From contig OZ242374.1 of the NCBI GenBank assembly GCA_965209055.1, positions 4,640,001 through 4,704,000 of the forward strand: a DNA stretch of 64,000 bases, written 5' to 3'. The notes under the pieces were generated by a model. It made no database searches. It was not told the DNA's origin and saw only the letters and a list, made by a program, of their open reading frames with translations. Position numbers and translations under genes: made by a program. Numbering within the stretch: the stretch's first letter is position 1; each line of letters starts with the position of its first letter. Positions 29,378 through 40,142 of this stretch are shown one piece after another. This DNA comes from Acidobacteriota bacterium (lineage in GTDB: Bacteria > Acidobacteriota > UBA6911 > RPQK01 > JAJDTT01).

Positions 29378-31714
29378 ATGAGCATCCAGGCCTACCAGCG
29401 CATTTCGGAATTGTTGGGACTCTCCCTCCTGTTCGGCTCCGCCCTGCTGACCCTGTCCCTCGTGAGCTACGATCCCACCGACGCCTCATACAGCGTCGCC
29501 TCGTCCAGCCGGATCTACTCCAATCTGGCGGGCAAGATCGGCGCCTTGAGCTCGGACGTTCTGTACCAACTGCTCGGTTGGTCGGCCCTTTGCGTGCCCA
29601 TTCCATTTTTGCTCCTGGGATACCGGTGGCTTCGGAGACGGCGTCTGGAAGACCCCTTCCTGAAGCTGTTTTGCGCCGTATCCGGCCTGATCGCCTTGAG
29701 CGCGGCCTTCTCCATCGTTCCCCTGCCCATCCGTCCGGATGTGAATTTTGCCCCCGGCGGGATCCTGGGAGTGATGCTGGCGCATTACCTCACCTCCGTG
29801 CTGAACGCTCCCGGAGCCCTGCTCGTCCTGGCCACAGCCCTGATTCTAACTCTGGTTGCCGGCACCACTTTTTCCGTGAACCGGTTCCTGGGCTGGATCG
29901 GCAACCGCAACTGGAACCTTTTGCGGAACGCCTGGGCGCACTATTCCGATTGGACTCATAGCCGGCGCCAAAAAAAGGAAGCGGCGACCTGGAGCGAAAA
30001 GACGGAATCTCAAGTGGCGCAACCGATGCCGCGGAGGATGACCTGGGACGGGGTCAAGCCCGAAGATGCGCCTCCTCCCGAGAACATTCCGGAAACTATT
30101 GCGCGATCCGTTTCACAGACCGTCCCAACGACCATCCCGCAGGCCATTCCGGCCGCTTTGCCCGAGGTCGAACCGGCGTCCGGACCGGAGGCCGAAGCCT
30201 TCGCGGTGCCGGTGGCGGCGGCTCCGGCGGAATCGACTCCGGTCGACCGGCCCAAGCAGGACGCGGCTTCCACCTACACGCTCCCTCCTCTGGATTACCT
30301 GGAGGAGAACCTGATCAGGCCGGAGATCGACGAGGCCGACCTCATACAAAGAGCCCATATCCTGGCGACCAAGTGCGCCGAGTTCGGGGTCTTGGGCCAA
30401 GTGTTGCAAATTCATCCCGGGCCGGTGGTCACGACCTTCGAATTCAAGCCGGATCCGGGCATCAAGTACAGCCGCGTCACCAATCTTTCGGACGATCTCT
30501 GTCTGGCTCTGAAGGCCGAGTCGGTCCGCATCGAACGGATCTCCGGCAAGAACACCGTCGGCATCGAAGTCCCGAACTCGGATCGCCAGATCATCCATTT
30601 GAGAGAGATCCTCTCGTCCGGCAGCTTCCACCAGATGCAATCCCCTCTGGCTCTGGGACTCGGGAAAACCATCCATGGCGCCAACTACGTGGCGGACCTT
30701 TCGCGAATGCCGCATCTTCTCATTGCCGGGGCCACCGGATCGGGGAAGAGCGTGGCCCTGAACTGCATCGTCTGCTCCATCCTCTACAAGGCCGGCCCGG
30801 ACGAAGTCCGATTCATCATGATCGATCCGAAACGGCTCGAGCTGGGCCTGTACGCCGACATTCCACACTTGATGGCGCCGATCGTCACGGACCCGAAGCA
30901 GGCGGCCAACGCCTTGAACTGGGCCGTGGGAGAGATGGAGAAACGGTACCGGACGCTGGCGCACGCCGGGGTTCGCGACATTGGGGAATACAACAAGTTG
31001 GTGACCGAAGATCCGGGCCAGTCGAAAGAGGGTCCCCTTCCCTACGTCGTCGTCATCGTCGACGAGTTGGCCGACCTCATGCTCACCACGGGCAAAGAGG
31101 TGGAAACCGCCGTCACTCGACTCGCCCAAATGGCCAGGGCCATCGGGATCCACTTGATTCTCGCCACGCAGCGCCCGTCGGTGGACGTCATCACCGGCCT
31201 GATCAAAGCCAATTTCCCCAGCCGGATCTCCTTCCGGGTCTCCTCCAAGATCGACTCCCGGACCATACTGGACGGCAACGGCGCGGAGCAGTTGCTGGGC
31301 ATGGGAGACATGCTGGTGCTGTCTCCCGGAACCTCACGGTTGGTTCGCTCCCACGGGGCCTGGGTGAGCGTGAAGGAAATCAATCGCCTGACCTCCTACA
31401 TCAAGGACCAGGGCAATCCCGAATACCGCGAGGAAATCCTCGCCGGCGACGAGGATGAGAACGAACCCGGAGCGGTCGGCGGCGTCTCGCCCGCGGAAGA
31501 CAGCCTGTTCGATGAGGCCGCCCGGTTGGTGGTGGCGACCGGCAAGGCATCCACTTCCCTCCTGCAGCGGAGGCTCAGAATCGGATACGGACGCGCCGCC
31601 AGGCTCTTGGACATCATGGAGCACGAGGGCATCATCAGTCCCCCCGACGGAAGCAAGGCCCGCGACATTCTGGTGGCGCCCGACTACTTCGAAGAAGTGG
31701 ACAGCCGGGATTGA
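29378..31714 (+). CDS. ftsK: DNA translocase FtsK
   Basis: 4TM N-terminus, MPHLLIAGATGSGKS, DELADLM, ATQRPS, gamma domain LQRRLRIGYGRAARL. Confidence 0.97.
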   Translation: MSIQAYQRISELLGLSLLFGSALLTLSLVSYDPTDASYSVASSSRIYSNLAGKIGALSSDVLYQLLGWSALCVPIPFLLLGYRWLRRRRLEDPFLKLFCAVSGLIALSAAFSIVPLPIRPDVNFAPGGILGVMLAHYLTSVLNAPGALLVLATALILTLVAGTTFSVNRFLGWIGNRNWNLLRNAWAHYSDWTHSRRQKKEAATWSEKTESQVAQPMPRRMTWDGVKPEDAPPPENIPETIARSVSQTVPTTIPQAIPAALPEVEPASGPEAEAFAVPVAAAPAESTPVDRPKQDAASTYTLPPLDYLEENLIRPEIDEADLIQRAHILATKCAEFGVLGQVLQIHPGPVVTTFEFKPDPGIKYSRVTNLSDDLCLALKAESVRIERISGKNTVGIEVPNSDRQIIHLREILSSGSFHQMQSPLALGLGKTIHGANYVADLSRMPHLLIAGATGSGKSVALNCIVCSILYKAGPDEVRFIMIDPKRLELGLYADIPHLMAPIVTDPKQAANALNWAVGEMEKRYRTLAHAGVRDIGEYNKLVTEDPGQSKEGPLPYVVVIVDELADLMLTTGKEVETAVTRLAQMARAIGIHLILATQRPSVDVITGLIKANFPSRISFRVSSKIDSRTILDGNGAEQLLGMGDMLVLSPGTSRLVRSHGAWVSVKEINRLTSYIKDQGNPEYREEILAGDEDENEPGAVGGVSPAEDSLFDEAARLVVATGKASTSLLQRRLRIGYGRAARLLDIMEHEGIISPPDGSKARDILVAPDYFEEVDSRD

Positions 31715-31772
31715 CAGTCCGTGGTCAACAGCCCGGCTTTTGGCCCGGCACCCTCCCTTTAAAGAAATAGGA

Positions 31773-31795
31773 GGAAGGGCGATTTCCAATCGCCC
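31773..31795 (+). repeat. REP-like palindrome
   Basis: GGAA-GGGCGAT-TTCCA-ATCGCCC, near-identical to 49778-49800. Confidence 0.7.
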
Positions 31796-31912
31796 ATTCT
31801 TCGTTACCGGTCACTCTGGAGTTCGGCGGGCAGGATACCGCCGTTCCTCTCCCCCTCCCTCTCCGGGGTCACTTTTACTTTTTAAACGTATGCCATAGAA
31901 TGGTTTCAGTAC

Positions 31913-32806
31913 ATGGGTAGATTTCTCCCAGCCGCACTCATACTGTTGCTGGGGAGTCCCTGGGCAAACGCCAACGAGCGGGACCTGCCTCCCCGGTTCC
32001 GGGTGGATGTCGACATGGTGGCCCTTCGGGTCACCGTGACCGATCCCCTGAACCGTTATGTGATCGGCCTCGAACCCGAGCACTTCCGAGTCTTCGAACG
32101 CAAGGTCGAGCAGTCCATCATCCACTTCTCCGTCGACAAGGCGCCCATCAGCGTCGGCATCATCCTGGACCGAAGCGGGTCCATGGGCGACAACATGATG
32201 AGTGCGCGCAACTCCGTCGTCCGCTTCCTGAAGCAGGGCAACCGCCAGGACGAGTATTTCCTGATCACCTTCAACGACCGGACCTCGGTGGTCCAGGACT
32301 TCACCGCGCAGAGCGAGAATGTCCAGAATCAGGTCACCATCTCGAACCCCAAAGGCCGGACCGCTCTCTACGACGCCATCTATCTGGGCTTGGAAAAGAT
32401 TCGCGCGGCGCGCCACGACAAGAAAGCTCTGATCGTGATCACGGACGGGGAAGACAACAGCAGCAGATACACCTTCAGCGAGTTGAAACAATACGTCAAG
32501 GAATCGGATGTCCAACTCTACGTGATCGGGGAACGGGGCCGGCTGCCCTATGGCCGGGACATCATCGCCGAGATCATCAGCCTGACCGGCGGCCGGGCTT
32601 TCTTTCCCAACAACTTCAAGCAGTTGGACTACTTCGTGGATCTGATCCACACCGAGCTTCGTAATCAGTACCTGTTGGGCTACGTCCCCACGGACCGAAC
32701 CTTCAACGGTAAATGGCGGAAGATCAAGGTCAAGCTGGATCCCCCCGAAGGACTGCCCAGGCTGATCGTCCGCGCCAAGAAGGGTTATTTCGCTCCCAAC
32801 AAGTAA
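31913..32806 (+). CDS. VWA domain protein (Acidobacterial VWFA-related)
   Basis: DRSGSM MIDAS, TALYDAI, ITDGEDN, QYLLGY...WRKIKV...KGYFAP. Confidence 0.9.
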   Translation: MGRFLPAALILLLGSPWANANERDLPPRFRVDVDMVALRVTVTDPLNRYVIGLEPEHFRVFERKVEQSIIHFSVDKAPISVGIILDRSGSMGDNMMSARNSVVRFLKQGNRQDEYFLITFNDRTSVVQDFTAQSENVQNQVTISNPKGRTALYDAIYLGLEKIRAARHDKKALIVITDGEDNSSRYTFSELKQYVKESDVQLYVIGERGRLPYGRDIIAEIISLTGGRAFFPNNFKQLDYFVDLIHTELRNQYLLGYVPTDRTFNGKWRKIKVKLDPPEGLPRLIVRAKKGYFAPNK

Positions 32807-32832
32807 CCGTTTGCGGGGTCCGGGTCACCGCC

Positions 32833-33810
32833 ATGTTCCTTTCCACTTCGATCAGGGCCGCTCTGGCCGGCCTTCTCTTTCTGAACCCGGCTCTGGCGGC
32901 ACAATCATCGGGCGGCACGGACGCCGGACGGGACCGCCCCTTCTTCCGCACCGAAGTCGACCAGGTCGTCCTTTACGCCGCCGTTTATGACGAAGACGGC
33001 GAACTGGTTTCGGGACTGACCGCGGAGGACTTCGTCGTTTTGGAAGATGGAGCCGAAGTGGAGATCACCTACTTCGGTCAGGACGACGTTCCCTCCACCA
33101 GTGGAATCGTCATGGACAAGAGCGGCAGCATGAGGCCCAAGCAGGATCTGGCCCACCGGGCGACGAAGCTGTTTCTTGCCCTGAGCCATCCGGACAATGA
33201 ACATTTCCTGATCATGTTCGACGACGACGTGAATCTGGAAGAGGACTTCACCCGGGACCCGGAGGATATCCGGGACATGCTGGACAACACTGTCGTCGGC
33301 GGGGGAACCGCCCTCTACGACGCCATTTATCTCGGTCTCGACAAGGCGCAGAACGGGTCCGAAGCCAAGAAGGTGGTCACCGTGTTCACCGACGGCGAGG
33401 ACAAGGACAGCTACTACCGGCATGAAGAGCTTTTGGAGAAGATCGCCCGGTCCAACGAAGTCCAGCTCTACGTGGTGGCCCTGCTGGACCAGTCGTTGAG
33501 CCGGGACCGGGGCTTCTTCGGCGTGTTCAAATCCCAGTACGACAAGCTGAGGGCTACGGTCGATGCGATTTCGGGACAGAGCGGAGCCAAGGTCTACTTT
33601 CCCGAGGAGCTTTACGAGCTCAATGACGTCTTTCGACGAATCGCCAGCGAGCTCAGGAACCAATACCGGATCGCTTACATCACCCCCAATTCGTTGACCA
33701 ACGGCGGTTGGCGGACCATTGAGGTCCAACTCCGAAACCCCGGAGAAAAAAAGTTGACGATTCAGGCCAAGAAGGGTTACTACGGCGGCCCGGAGAAGGC
33801 CGGGGAATGA
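32833..33810 (+). CDS. VWA domain protein (Acidobacterial VWFA-related)
   Basis: DKSGSM, GTALYDAI, FTDGEDK, QYRIAY. Confidence 0.9.
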   Translation: MFLSTSIRAALAGLLFLNPALAAQSSGGTDAGRDRPFFRTEVDQVVLYAAVYDEDGELVSGLTAEDFVVLEDGAEVEITYFGQDDVPSTSGIVMDKSGSMRPKQDLAHRATKLFLALSHPDNEHFLIMFDDDVNLEEDFTRDPEDIRDMLDNTVVGGGTALYDAIYLGLDKAQNGSEAKKVVTVFTDGEDKDSYYRHEELLEKIARSNEVQLYVVALLDQSLSRDRGFFGVFKSQYDKLRATVDAISGQSGAKVYFPEELYELNDVFRRIASELRNQYRIAYITPNSLTNGGWRTIEVQLRNPGEKKLTIQAKKGYYGGPEKAGE

Positions 33811-33927
33811 CCAACGGGGGGTGGGCATCAGATCGGATGTCACCTGTGGTTCGCTATTATTGGAGCATGCTCAAACACCGGCTCCGGAGTTTGACTTGAA
33901 CCGGACCGGCACCTATTCTGAATCGTT

Positions 33928-34872
33928 ATGACCGAGCCCAAGAGCAGTTTCGTCTGGTACAACGGAAAGCTGGTTCCGTGGGAAAAGGCGACTGTTCACG
34001 TCATGTCCCACGCCCTTCACTACGGCACCTCGTGGTTCGAGGGGATCCGCTGCTACGAGACTCGCCGCGGTCCCGAGATCTTCCATTTCGGGGAGCACGT
34101 TCGGCGCCTCTTCAACTCCTGCAAGATCTACCGGACCGATATTCCCTTTTCTCCGGCCGAAATCGAGGAAGCGATCCTGGAGACGATCCGGGCAAACTCC
34201 CTGCGGGCGTGCTACATCCGGCCGCTGATCTTCCGTGGCTACGGAGAATTGGGCGTCAACCCCCTCAAGAATCCTATCGACGTGGTCATCCTGGTCTGGG
34301 AATGGGGACGTTATCTGGGAGAGGAAGGCCTGGAACAGGGGGTCGACGTCTGTGTCTCCAGTTGGGCCAGGGCCGCTCCCAACACCTTTCCGACCCTGGC
34401 CAAGGTGGGCGGCAATTACATCAACAGCACCCTGATCAACATGGAGGCCACCCTGAAGGGGTACACCGAGGGCATCGCGCTGGACACGAACGGCCTGGTG
34501 AGCGAGGGCGCGGGAGAGAACATATTCGTGATTCAGGACGGGACGATATCGACGCCTCCCATGGCCAGCGCCATCCTTCCGGGAATCACCCGGGGCGCGG
34601 TGATCACGTTGGCCCGGGAACGAGGTTACCCCGTCATTGAAGAGCCGATATCGCGCGAGCGCCTCTATATCGCCGACGAGGTCTTCCTGACCGGCACGGC
34701 AGCCGAGGTCACCCCCGTCCGTTCCGTGGACGGCATCGCCGTGGGCCCGGGGAGACGGGGGCCCGTCACCAGCCGGATTCAGGAAGACTTCTTCGACTAC
34801 GTCGGGGGTGAGGTGGAGGATCGGCACGGCTGGATGACCAGCGTGTATCGGGAGGCTCACGTCGGAGCATAG
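33928..34872 (+). CDS. ilvE: Branched-chain amino acid aminotransferase
   Basis: ALHYGTSWFEGIR, AKVGGNY, EGAGENIF, ILPGITR, TGTAAEVTP. Confidence 0.96.
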   Translation: MTEPKSSFVWYNGKLVPWEKATVHVMSHALHYGTSWFEGIRCYETRRGPEIFHFGEHVRRLFNSCKIYRTDIPFSPAEIEEAILETIRANSLRACYIRPLIFRGYGELGVNPLKNPIDVVILVWEWGRYLGEEGLEQGVDVCVSSWARAAPNTFPTLAKVGGNYINSTLINMEATLKGYTEGIALDTNGLVSEGAGENIFVIQDGTISTPPMASAILPGITRGAVITLARERGYPVIEEPISRERLYIADEVFLTGTAAEVTPVRSVDGIAVGPGRRGPVTSRIQEDFFDYVGGEVEDRHGWMTSVYREAHVGA

Positions 34873-35000
34873 TCCGCATTTCTCACCAGGGGCGTGACGA
34901 TCGCGCAGGACTCCCGCCCCGGACCCGGCGGGGGCCGGATGATTTCCGAAACGCCTACCCCGTCCCTCCGAACCGCCGCCCTCAACCTGGGAACGCAACC

Positions 35001-37643
35001 ATGAAGACATCCGCGGAAATCCGCACCACCTTTCTGGATTTCTTCCGGGAACAGGGCCATCGCGTCGTCAAGAGCAGTTCCCTGATTCCAGGAGACGACC
35101 CGACGCTGCTCTTCACCAACGCCGGGATGAATCAGTTCAAGGAGGTCTTTCTGGGCCTGGAACAGAGGGAATACAACCGTGCCGTCACCTGCCAGAAATG
35201 CATGCGGGTGAGCGGCAAGCACAACGATCTGGACACCGTGGGCCGAACGCCCCTCCACCACACCTTCTTCGAGATGCTGGGAAACTTCTCGTTCGGAGAC
35301 TACTTCAAGCGAGAGGCCGTCCGGTTCGCCTGGGACCTGTGCACCGAGGTGTACGGCCTCGAGGCCCGCCGGCTCCACGCCACGGTCTACAAGGACGACG
35401 ACGAAGCCTACGAACTCTGGCGCAAAGACATCGGCGTTCCCCGGGAGCGGGTCTACCGCCTGGGAGAGGAGGACAACTTCTGGGCCATGGGAGACACCGG
35501 CCCCTGCGGCCCCTGTGCCGAGCTGCACTTCGACCTGGGCGTCAGTCCGCTGTGTCCACGGGACTGCAAGCTGGGATGCGAATGCGGCCGTTACGTGGAG
35601 ATCTGGAACCTTGTCTTCATGCAGCTCAACCGGGATTCCCAGGGACGAACCTCTTCCCTGCCCTCGCCTTCCATCGATACGGGCATGGGCCTGGAACGCA
35701 TCACGGCGATTCTTCAGGGCGTGACCAGCAACTACGACACCGATCTGTTCCAACCTCTCATCCAGGAGGCTGCGCGCCTCACCGCCAGCACCTACGGAAA
35801 CGACGACCGGACGGACGTGAGTCTGCGCATCCTGGCCGACCACAGCCGCGCTTGCGCTTTCCTCATCGGGGACGGGGTCATACCGGACAACGAAGGCCGC
35901 GGCTACGTGCTCAGAAAAATCCTGCGGCGCGCCACTCGCCACGGTCAGTTGCTGGGTCGGGAAGAGCCATTCCTGTTCACTCTGGCCACCCTGGCAGCCG
36001 ATCTGATGAGCGAGCCCTATCCCGATCTGGAGCCCCAACGGGAGTACCTGGCGCGGGTGGTGCGCTACGAGGAGGAGAAGTTCCGGGCCACGCTCGACCA
36101 CGGAATGGGCCTGTTCGAAGAGATCGTGGACCGGGTTCGGGGATCGGATGGCGGAACCCTTCCGGGCAAGGATCTGTTCCGGCTCTACGACACCTTTGGG
36201 TTTCCCCTGGACCTGGCGCGGGACCTGGCCCAGGAGCGCTCCCTGGAAATCGACGAGCCCGGTTTCTTCGCCGAGATGGAGAAGCAGCGGCAGCGGGCCC
36301 GCGCCAGTTGGAAAGGGGCGGGCAAGACTCTGCAGCCGGTGCACCAGGAGTTGGCCGGGAAGGGGTACGAAACGGAGTTTACGGGTTACGAGCAACTGGA
36401 AGCCGTCCCGGGCTCGGTCCTGGCGCTGGTGGAGAACCAGAAACTGGTTCCGCGGCTGGGACCTGGAGAAGAGGGCGAAGTGGTGCTGGACCGCAGTCCT
36501 TTCTATGCCGAGGCGGGAGGCCAGGTCGGAGATCGGGGGACTCTGGAGACCGACTCCGCCCGGTTCCGGATCCTCGACACCTACACTCCCGCCCAGGGAC
36601 TGCGCCTCTCCCGCGTCCGTGTCCAGCAGGGCGAGCTCAAGCCGGGAGACGCCGTTCGGTCCAGCGTGGATCTTCCCCGGCGGCGGGCCACCGCCCGAAA
36701 CCACACTTCGACACACCTCATGCACGCCGCCTTGCGCCGGATCCTGGGAGTCCACGTCAAGCAGGCCGGATCTCTCGTCGCCCCCGATCGTCTCCGGTTC
36801 GACTTCACCCATTTTCGGTCGGTGACGCCTGAGGAGCTTTCCCAGGTAGAGGATCTGGTCAACCGGGAAATCCGCCGCGACAGCGGTGTCGACACCCGTG
36901 TCCGGAGCCTGGATCAAGCTCTGGAGGAGGGCGCCACCGCACTTTTCGGAGAAAAGTACGATTCGCAGGTGCGGGTGGTCTCCATTCCCGATTTCAGCTT
37001 GGAGCTCTGCGGCGGCACCCACGTGGGAAGGACCGGAGAGATCGGCCTCTTCAAGATCACCGGCGAAGGAAGCGTCTCCGCCGGCGTGCGGAGAATCGAA
37101 GCTCTGACGGGAGAGGCGGCCATGTCCCGTTACTCCCGGATGGACGCCGTCGTATCCAGCCTCTCCCGGCGATTGAAGACTCCCATGACGGCCCTGGAAG
37201 AGGAGATCCGAAAGTCCCTGGAGGACCTCAAGCAGGTCCGGAAGCAGGTGGACGCCCTGCAGTTGAAGTTGGCCGGGCAGAAGAGCCTGGACACCCTGGA
37301 CCGGTCGCGCCGGGTCCGGGGAATTCGCGTCGTGGCCGAAGAGGTGGCGGATCTGGACCGGAGCTCATTGCGCCAATTGGCCGATCAACTCAAGAACCGG
37401 CTCCAGTCCGGGGTCGTGGTCCTGGGAACGCCCATTGATGGGAAGGTCAGCCTGATCGCCATGGTCAGCGACGATCTGACCGATCGGATCCAGGCCCACG
37501 TTCTGATTCGCAAGCTGGCCCGGCTGGTGGGGGGAGGCGGAGGCGGACGGCCCGACATGGCCGAAGCCGGAGGCAGGGACGTTTCCCGGCTGGGAGAAGC
37601 CCTGAAGCAGACCTACCGGCTGGTGGAAGAGTCGCTGAACTGA
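35001..37643 (+). CDS. alaS: Alanine--tRNA ligase
   Basis: LLFTNAGMNQFK, HHTFFEMLGNFSFGDYFK, ELCGGTH, GGGGGRPDMAEAGG. Confidence 0.98.
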   Translation: MKTSAEIRTTFLDFFREQGHRVVKSSSLIPGDDPTLLFTNAGMNQFKEVFLGLEQREYNRAVTCQKCMRVSGKHNDLDTVGRTPLHHTFFEMLGNFSFGDYFKREAVRFAWDLCTEVYGLEARRLHATVYKDDDEAYELWRKDIGVPRERVYRLGEEDNFWAMGDTGPCGPCAELHFDLGVSPLCPRDCKLGCECGRYVEIWNLVFMQLNRDSQGRTSSLPSPSIDTGMGLERITAILQGVTSNYDTDLFQPLIQEAARLTASTYGNDDRTDVSLRILADHSRACAFLIGDGVIPDNEGRGYVLRKILRRATRHGQLLGREEPFLFTLATLAADLMSEPYPDLEPQREYLARVVRYEEEKFRATLDHGMGLFEEIVDRVRGSDGGTLPGKDLFRLYDTFGFPLDLARDLAQERSLEIDEPGFFAEMEKQRQRARASWKGAGKTLQPVHQELAGKGYETEFTGYEQLEAVPGSVLALVENQKLVPRLGPGEEGEVVLDRSPFYAEAGGQVGDRGTLETDSARFRILDTYTPAQGLRLSRVRVQQGELKPGDAVRSSVDLPRRRATARNHTSTHLMHAALRRILGVHVKQAGSLVAPDRLRFDFTHFRSVTPEELSQVEDLVNREIRRDSGVDTRVRSLDQALEEGATALFGEKYDSQVRVVSIPDFSLELCGGTHVGRTGEIGLFKITGEGSVSAGVRRIEALTGEAAMSRYSRMDAVVSSLSRRLKTPMTALEEEIRKSLEDLKQVRKQVDALQLKLAGQKSLDTLDRSRRVRGIRVVAEEVADLDRSSLRQLADQLKNRLQSGVVVLGTPIDGKVSLIAMVSDDLTDRIQAHVLIRKLARLVGGGGGGRPDMAEAGGRDVSRLGEALKQTYRLVEESLN

Positions 37644-37746
37644 GATTCGGGTTATACTGGCTCGAATGGCGGCGACCAGCGCAACGCATCGAATCATCCC
37701 GATTTCGACTCGGCCATCCCGGCGGCCTGTGCATCCTATCCGGCAA

Positions 37747-38373
37747 ATGATGGTTTTGTTGCTGGTGCTGCTGACGGCGTCGCCTTCCCTGCTGGCGAAC
37801 CGGATCCACAGCTATTGGAGAGAAGACGGCGTGCGCGTGCTCACCAACCTGGCCCCGGCCCGGCCGGAACGGCACGGCCTGCGGTCTCAACCCGGCCACG
37901 GACCCGGCCTCTATCAATCCACGGTACAGGAGATCTCTCTGCGCTACGGCGTGGACATGGAATTGGTGAACGCCGTCATCCGCGTCGAAAGCAACTTCCG
38001 CCCGGAAGCCGTCTCTCCCAAGGGATGCCTGGGACTGATGCAACTGCACCCCGATACGGCTCGCCGGTTCGGCGTCCGCGACGTGTTCGATCCGGTCCAG
38101 AACATCGAAGGAGGAGTCCGATACCTGGAATTCCTCCTCGACTATTTCCAAGGCGACCTGGAACTGGCTCTCGCCGGATACAACGCGGGAGAGAACGCGG
38201 TGATCCGATACGGGGGCGTCCCTCCGTACCCGGAAACCATCGACTACGTGAAAAAGGTCCGGCGGCTCTACGGATTTGCCTCCGCCCGCGTCCCCGGCGA
38301 CCGGATCCTTCGGGTGGTCCAACCGGGTGGACGGGTTCTGCTGACCAACCTCCCCCAATCGAATCCCTTTTAG
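37747..38373 (+). CDS. Lytic transglycosylase (SLT domain)
   Basis: AVIRVESNF...AVSPKG.LGLMQL, ALAGYNAGE, PPYPETIDYV; start uncertain (37666-37747). Confidence 0.9.
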   Translation: MMVLLLVLLTASPSLLANRIHSYWREDGVRVLTNLAPARPERHGLRSQPGHGPGLYQSTVQEISLRYGVDMELVNAVIRVESNFRPEAVSPKGCLGLMQLHPDTARRFGVRDVFDPVQNIEGGVRYLEFLLDYFQGDLELALAGYNAGENAVIRYGGVPPYPETIDYVKKVRRLYGFASARVPGDRILRVVQPGGRVLLTNLPQSNPF

Positions 38374-38404
38374 GGCCGGGAGCCCCACACTCGCCTTTTC
38401 GAAG

Positions 38405-40123
38405 TTGACAGTCGCAGTGTGTACAATTGCGGTTGGTATCAGTCCACCCCGGGGCCAAAGGAGTGTGACTGTGCTGATCCGATTTCGTCTGCTTCCGGCG
38501 CTGTTCCTGGTGGTGGTTGGCGGGTCCCCGATCCTGAGTCAGGACCGCACGGCCGCTGAATCGGCCTACGCCGAGGCCTTCCGGTTCGGACTCGAGCTGC
38601 TGGCCAAGCCGGAATCCAAGCGGACGATTCCCGACTACCGGAAGGCCGTCTCACTCTACCGCCGCGTCGTCGACCTGGATCCGGATCCGGAAATCGCCGC
38701 CGATTCCCTCTTCGCCGTCGCAACCCTGTACGACCGCATGGCCGATCGTGCACCGCAGGGCGAATTCCGCCGGGAAGCCGTTCGCGCCTATCGCCGCCTG
38801 GCCCGGGAATACCCGCGGTCGCGCCATCGCGGCCCCGCCCTCGACCGTGCCGAACAGTTGGAAACGCCGGTCCTCCGAAAGGCCCCGGTTTCCGGAAAGA
38901 CGCCTCTGGCCGTGGTCTCCGAGATTCGCTACCGCGCCAGCGAGAACTACACCCGCGTCGTCATCCAACTGGACCGGGAGGTGCAGTTCGAGAAACAGGT
39001 CCTCCAGTCACCCGACAGGATCTATTTCGACCTTGCGGGAACCCGCCCGGGGCCCGATCTGAATGGACGAACCATCAGCGTGGACGGCGTCTTCATCAAA
39101 CGGATCCGTGTCGCCCGAAACCGCCCGGAGGTGGTCCGCGTGGTTCTGGACTACAACAAGATCCGCAAACAAACCGTGTTCGCCCTGTTCGAACCGTTTC
39201 GCATCGTCATCGATACCCATGGCCACGGCTCCAGTCGGAAGGCCAAAACGACCCGGGAGTTCAGCACCGCCCGACCGGCTCGTCCGGCCCCTTCGGCCGT
39301 TGCGACTCGCAGAAAACCTCCGGAAACGGGGCGGGCCGCCAAACGCGGACCGCAGGAAGACCTCACCCTCACCCGGGTGTTGGGATTGAAGGTGGGACGT
39401 GTCGTCGTGGACCCCGGCCATGGCGGTCACGACCCGGGAGCCATCGGTCCCGGAGGCCTACGGGAGAAGGACCTGGTCCTGAGCATCGCCAAACGCCTGA
39501 AGCCGTTGTTGGAACAGCGCCTCGGCACCCAGGTGATCATGACCCGGGACGACGACCGTTTCATCCCCCTGGAAGAGCGTACCGCCATCGCCAACCAGCA
39601 CCAGGCCGATCTCTTCATCTCCATTCACGGAAACTCCAGCCACGGGAGACGGGCCACCGGGGCGGAAACCTTCTACCTGAACTTTGCCCGCTCCGCTTCG
39701 GCGCAGGAAGTGGCCACGCGGGAGAACGCCGCATCCCAACGCACGGTCGGAGAGCTCGAAGACCTGGTGCGCCAGATCACCAAGGGAACCCACAACGCCG
39801 AGTCGCGTAAATTGGCCGGTGTGGTGCAGGCCAACCTGTTCTCGGGAATCAAGAAGCACCGCCGGCCATTCCTGAACCGCGGTGTCAAGACGGCTCCCTT
39901 CATCGTGCTCATGGGAGCCAGCATGCCCAGCATCCTCACCGAGGTCGGATTCATCAGCAATCCGGACGAAGAGAGGTTCCTGACCACTGCCGAGAACCAT
40001 CAAAGGGTCGCCGAAGCCCTGTTCGAGGGTGTAAAACAGTACCTCCAAGACTTGGTTAACGCCGGCTCCAAGGGAGACTTGGCCGGAATTCAGGTGCGGG
40101 ACCGAAAGGGGAAAAAGAAGTGA
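38405..40123 (+). CDS. N-acetylmuramoyl-L-alanine amidase with TPR-like and AMIN domains
   Basis: VVVDPGHGGHDPGA, EKDLVL, FISIHGN, ILTEVGFISN; true start probably near 38471. Confidence 0.92.
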   Translation: MTVAVCTIAVGISPPRGQRSVTVLIRFRLLPALFLVVVGGSPILSQDRTAAESAYAEAFRFGLELLAKPESKRTIPDYRKAVSLYRRVVDLDPDPEIAADSLFAVATLYDRMADRAPQGEFRREAVRAYRRLAREYPRSRHRGPALDRAEQLETPVLRKAPVSGKTPLAVVSEIRYRASENYTRVVIQLDREVQFEKQVLQSPDRIYFDLAGTRPGPDLNGRTISVDGVFIKRIRVARNRPEVVRVVLDYNKIRKQTVFALFEPFRIVIDTHGHGSSRKAKTTREFSTARPARPAPSAVATRRKPPETGRAAKRGPQEDLTLTRVLGLKVGRVVVDPGHGGHDPGAIGPGGLREKDLVLSIAKRLKPLLEQRLGTQVIMTRDDDRFIPLEERTAIANQHQADLFISIHGNSSHGRRATGAETFYLNFARSASAQEVATRENAASQRTVGELEDLVRQITKGTHNAESRKLAGVVQANLFSGIKKHRRPFLNRGVKTAPFIVLMGASMPSILTEVGFISNPDEERFLTTAENHQRVAEALFEGVKQYLQDLVNAGSKGDLAGIQVRDRKGKKK

Positions 40124-40142
40124 AAGAAGAGGCGTTTGAACC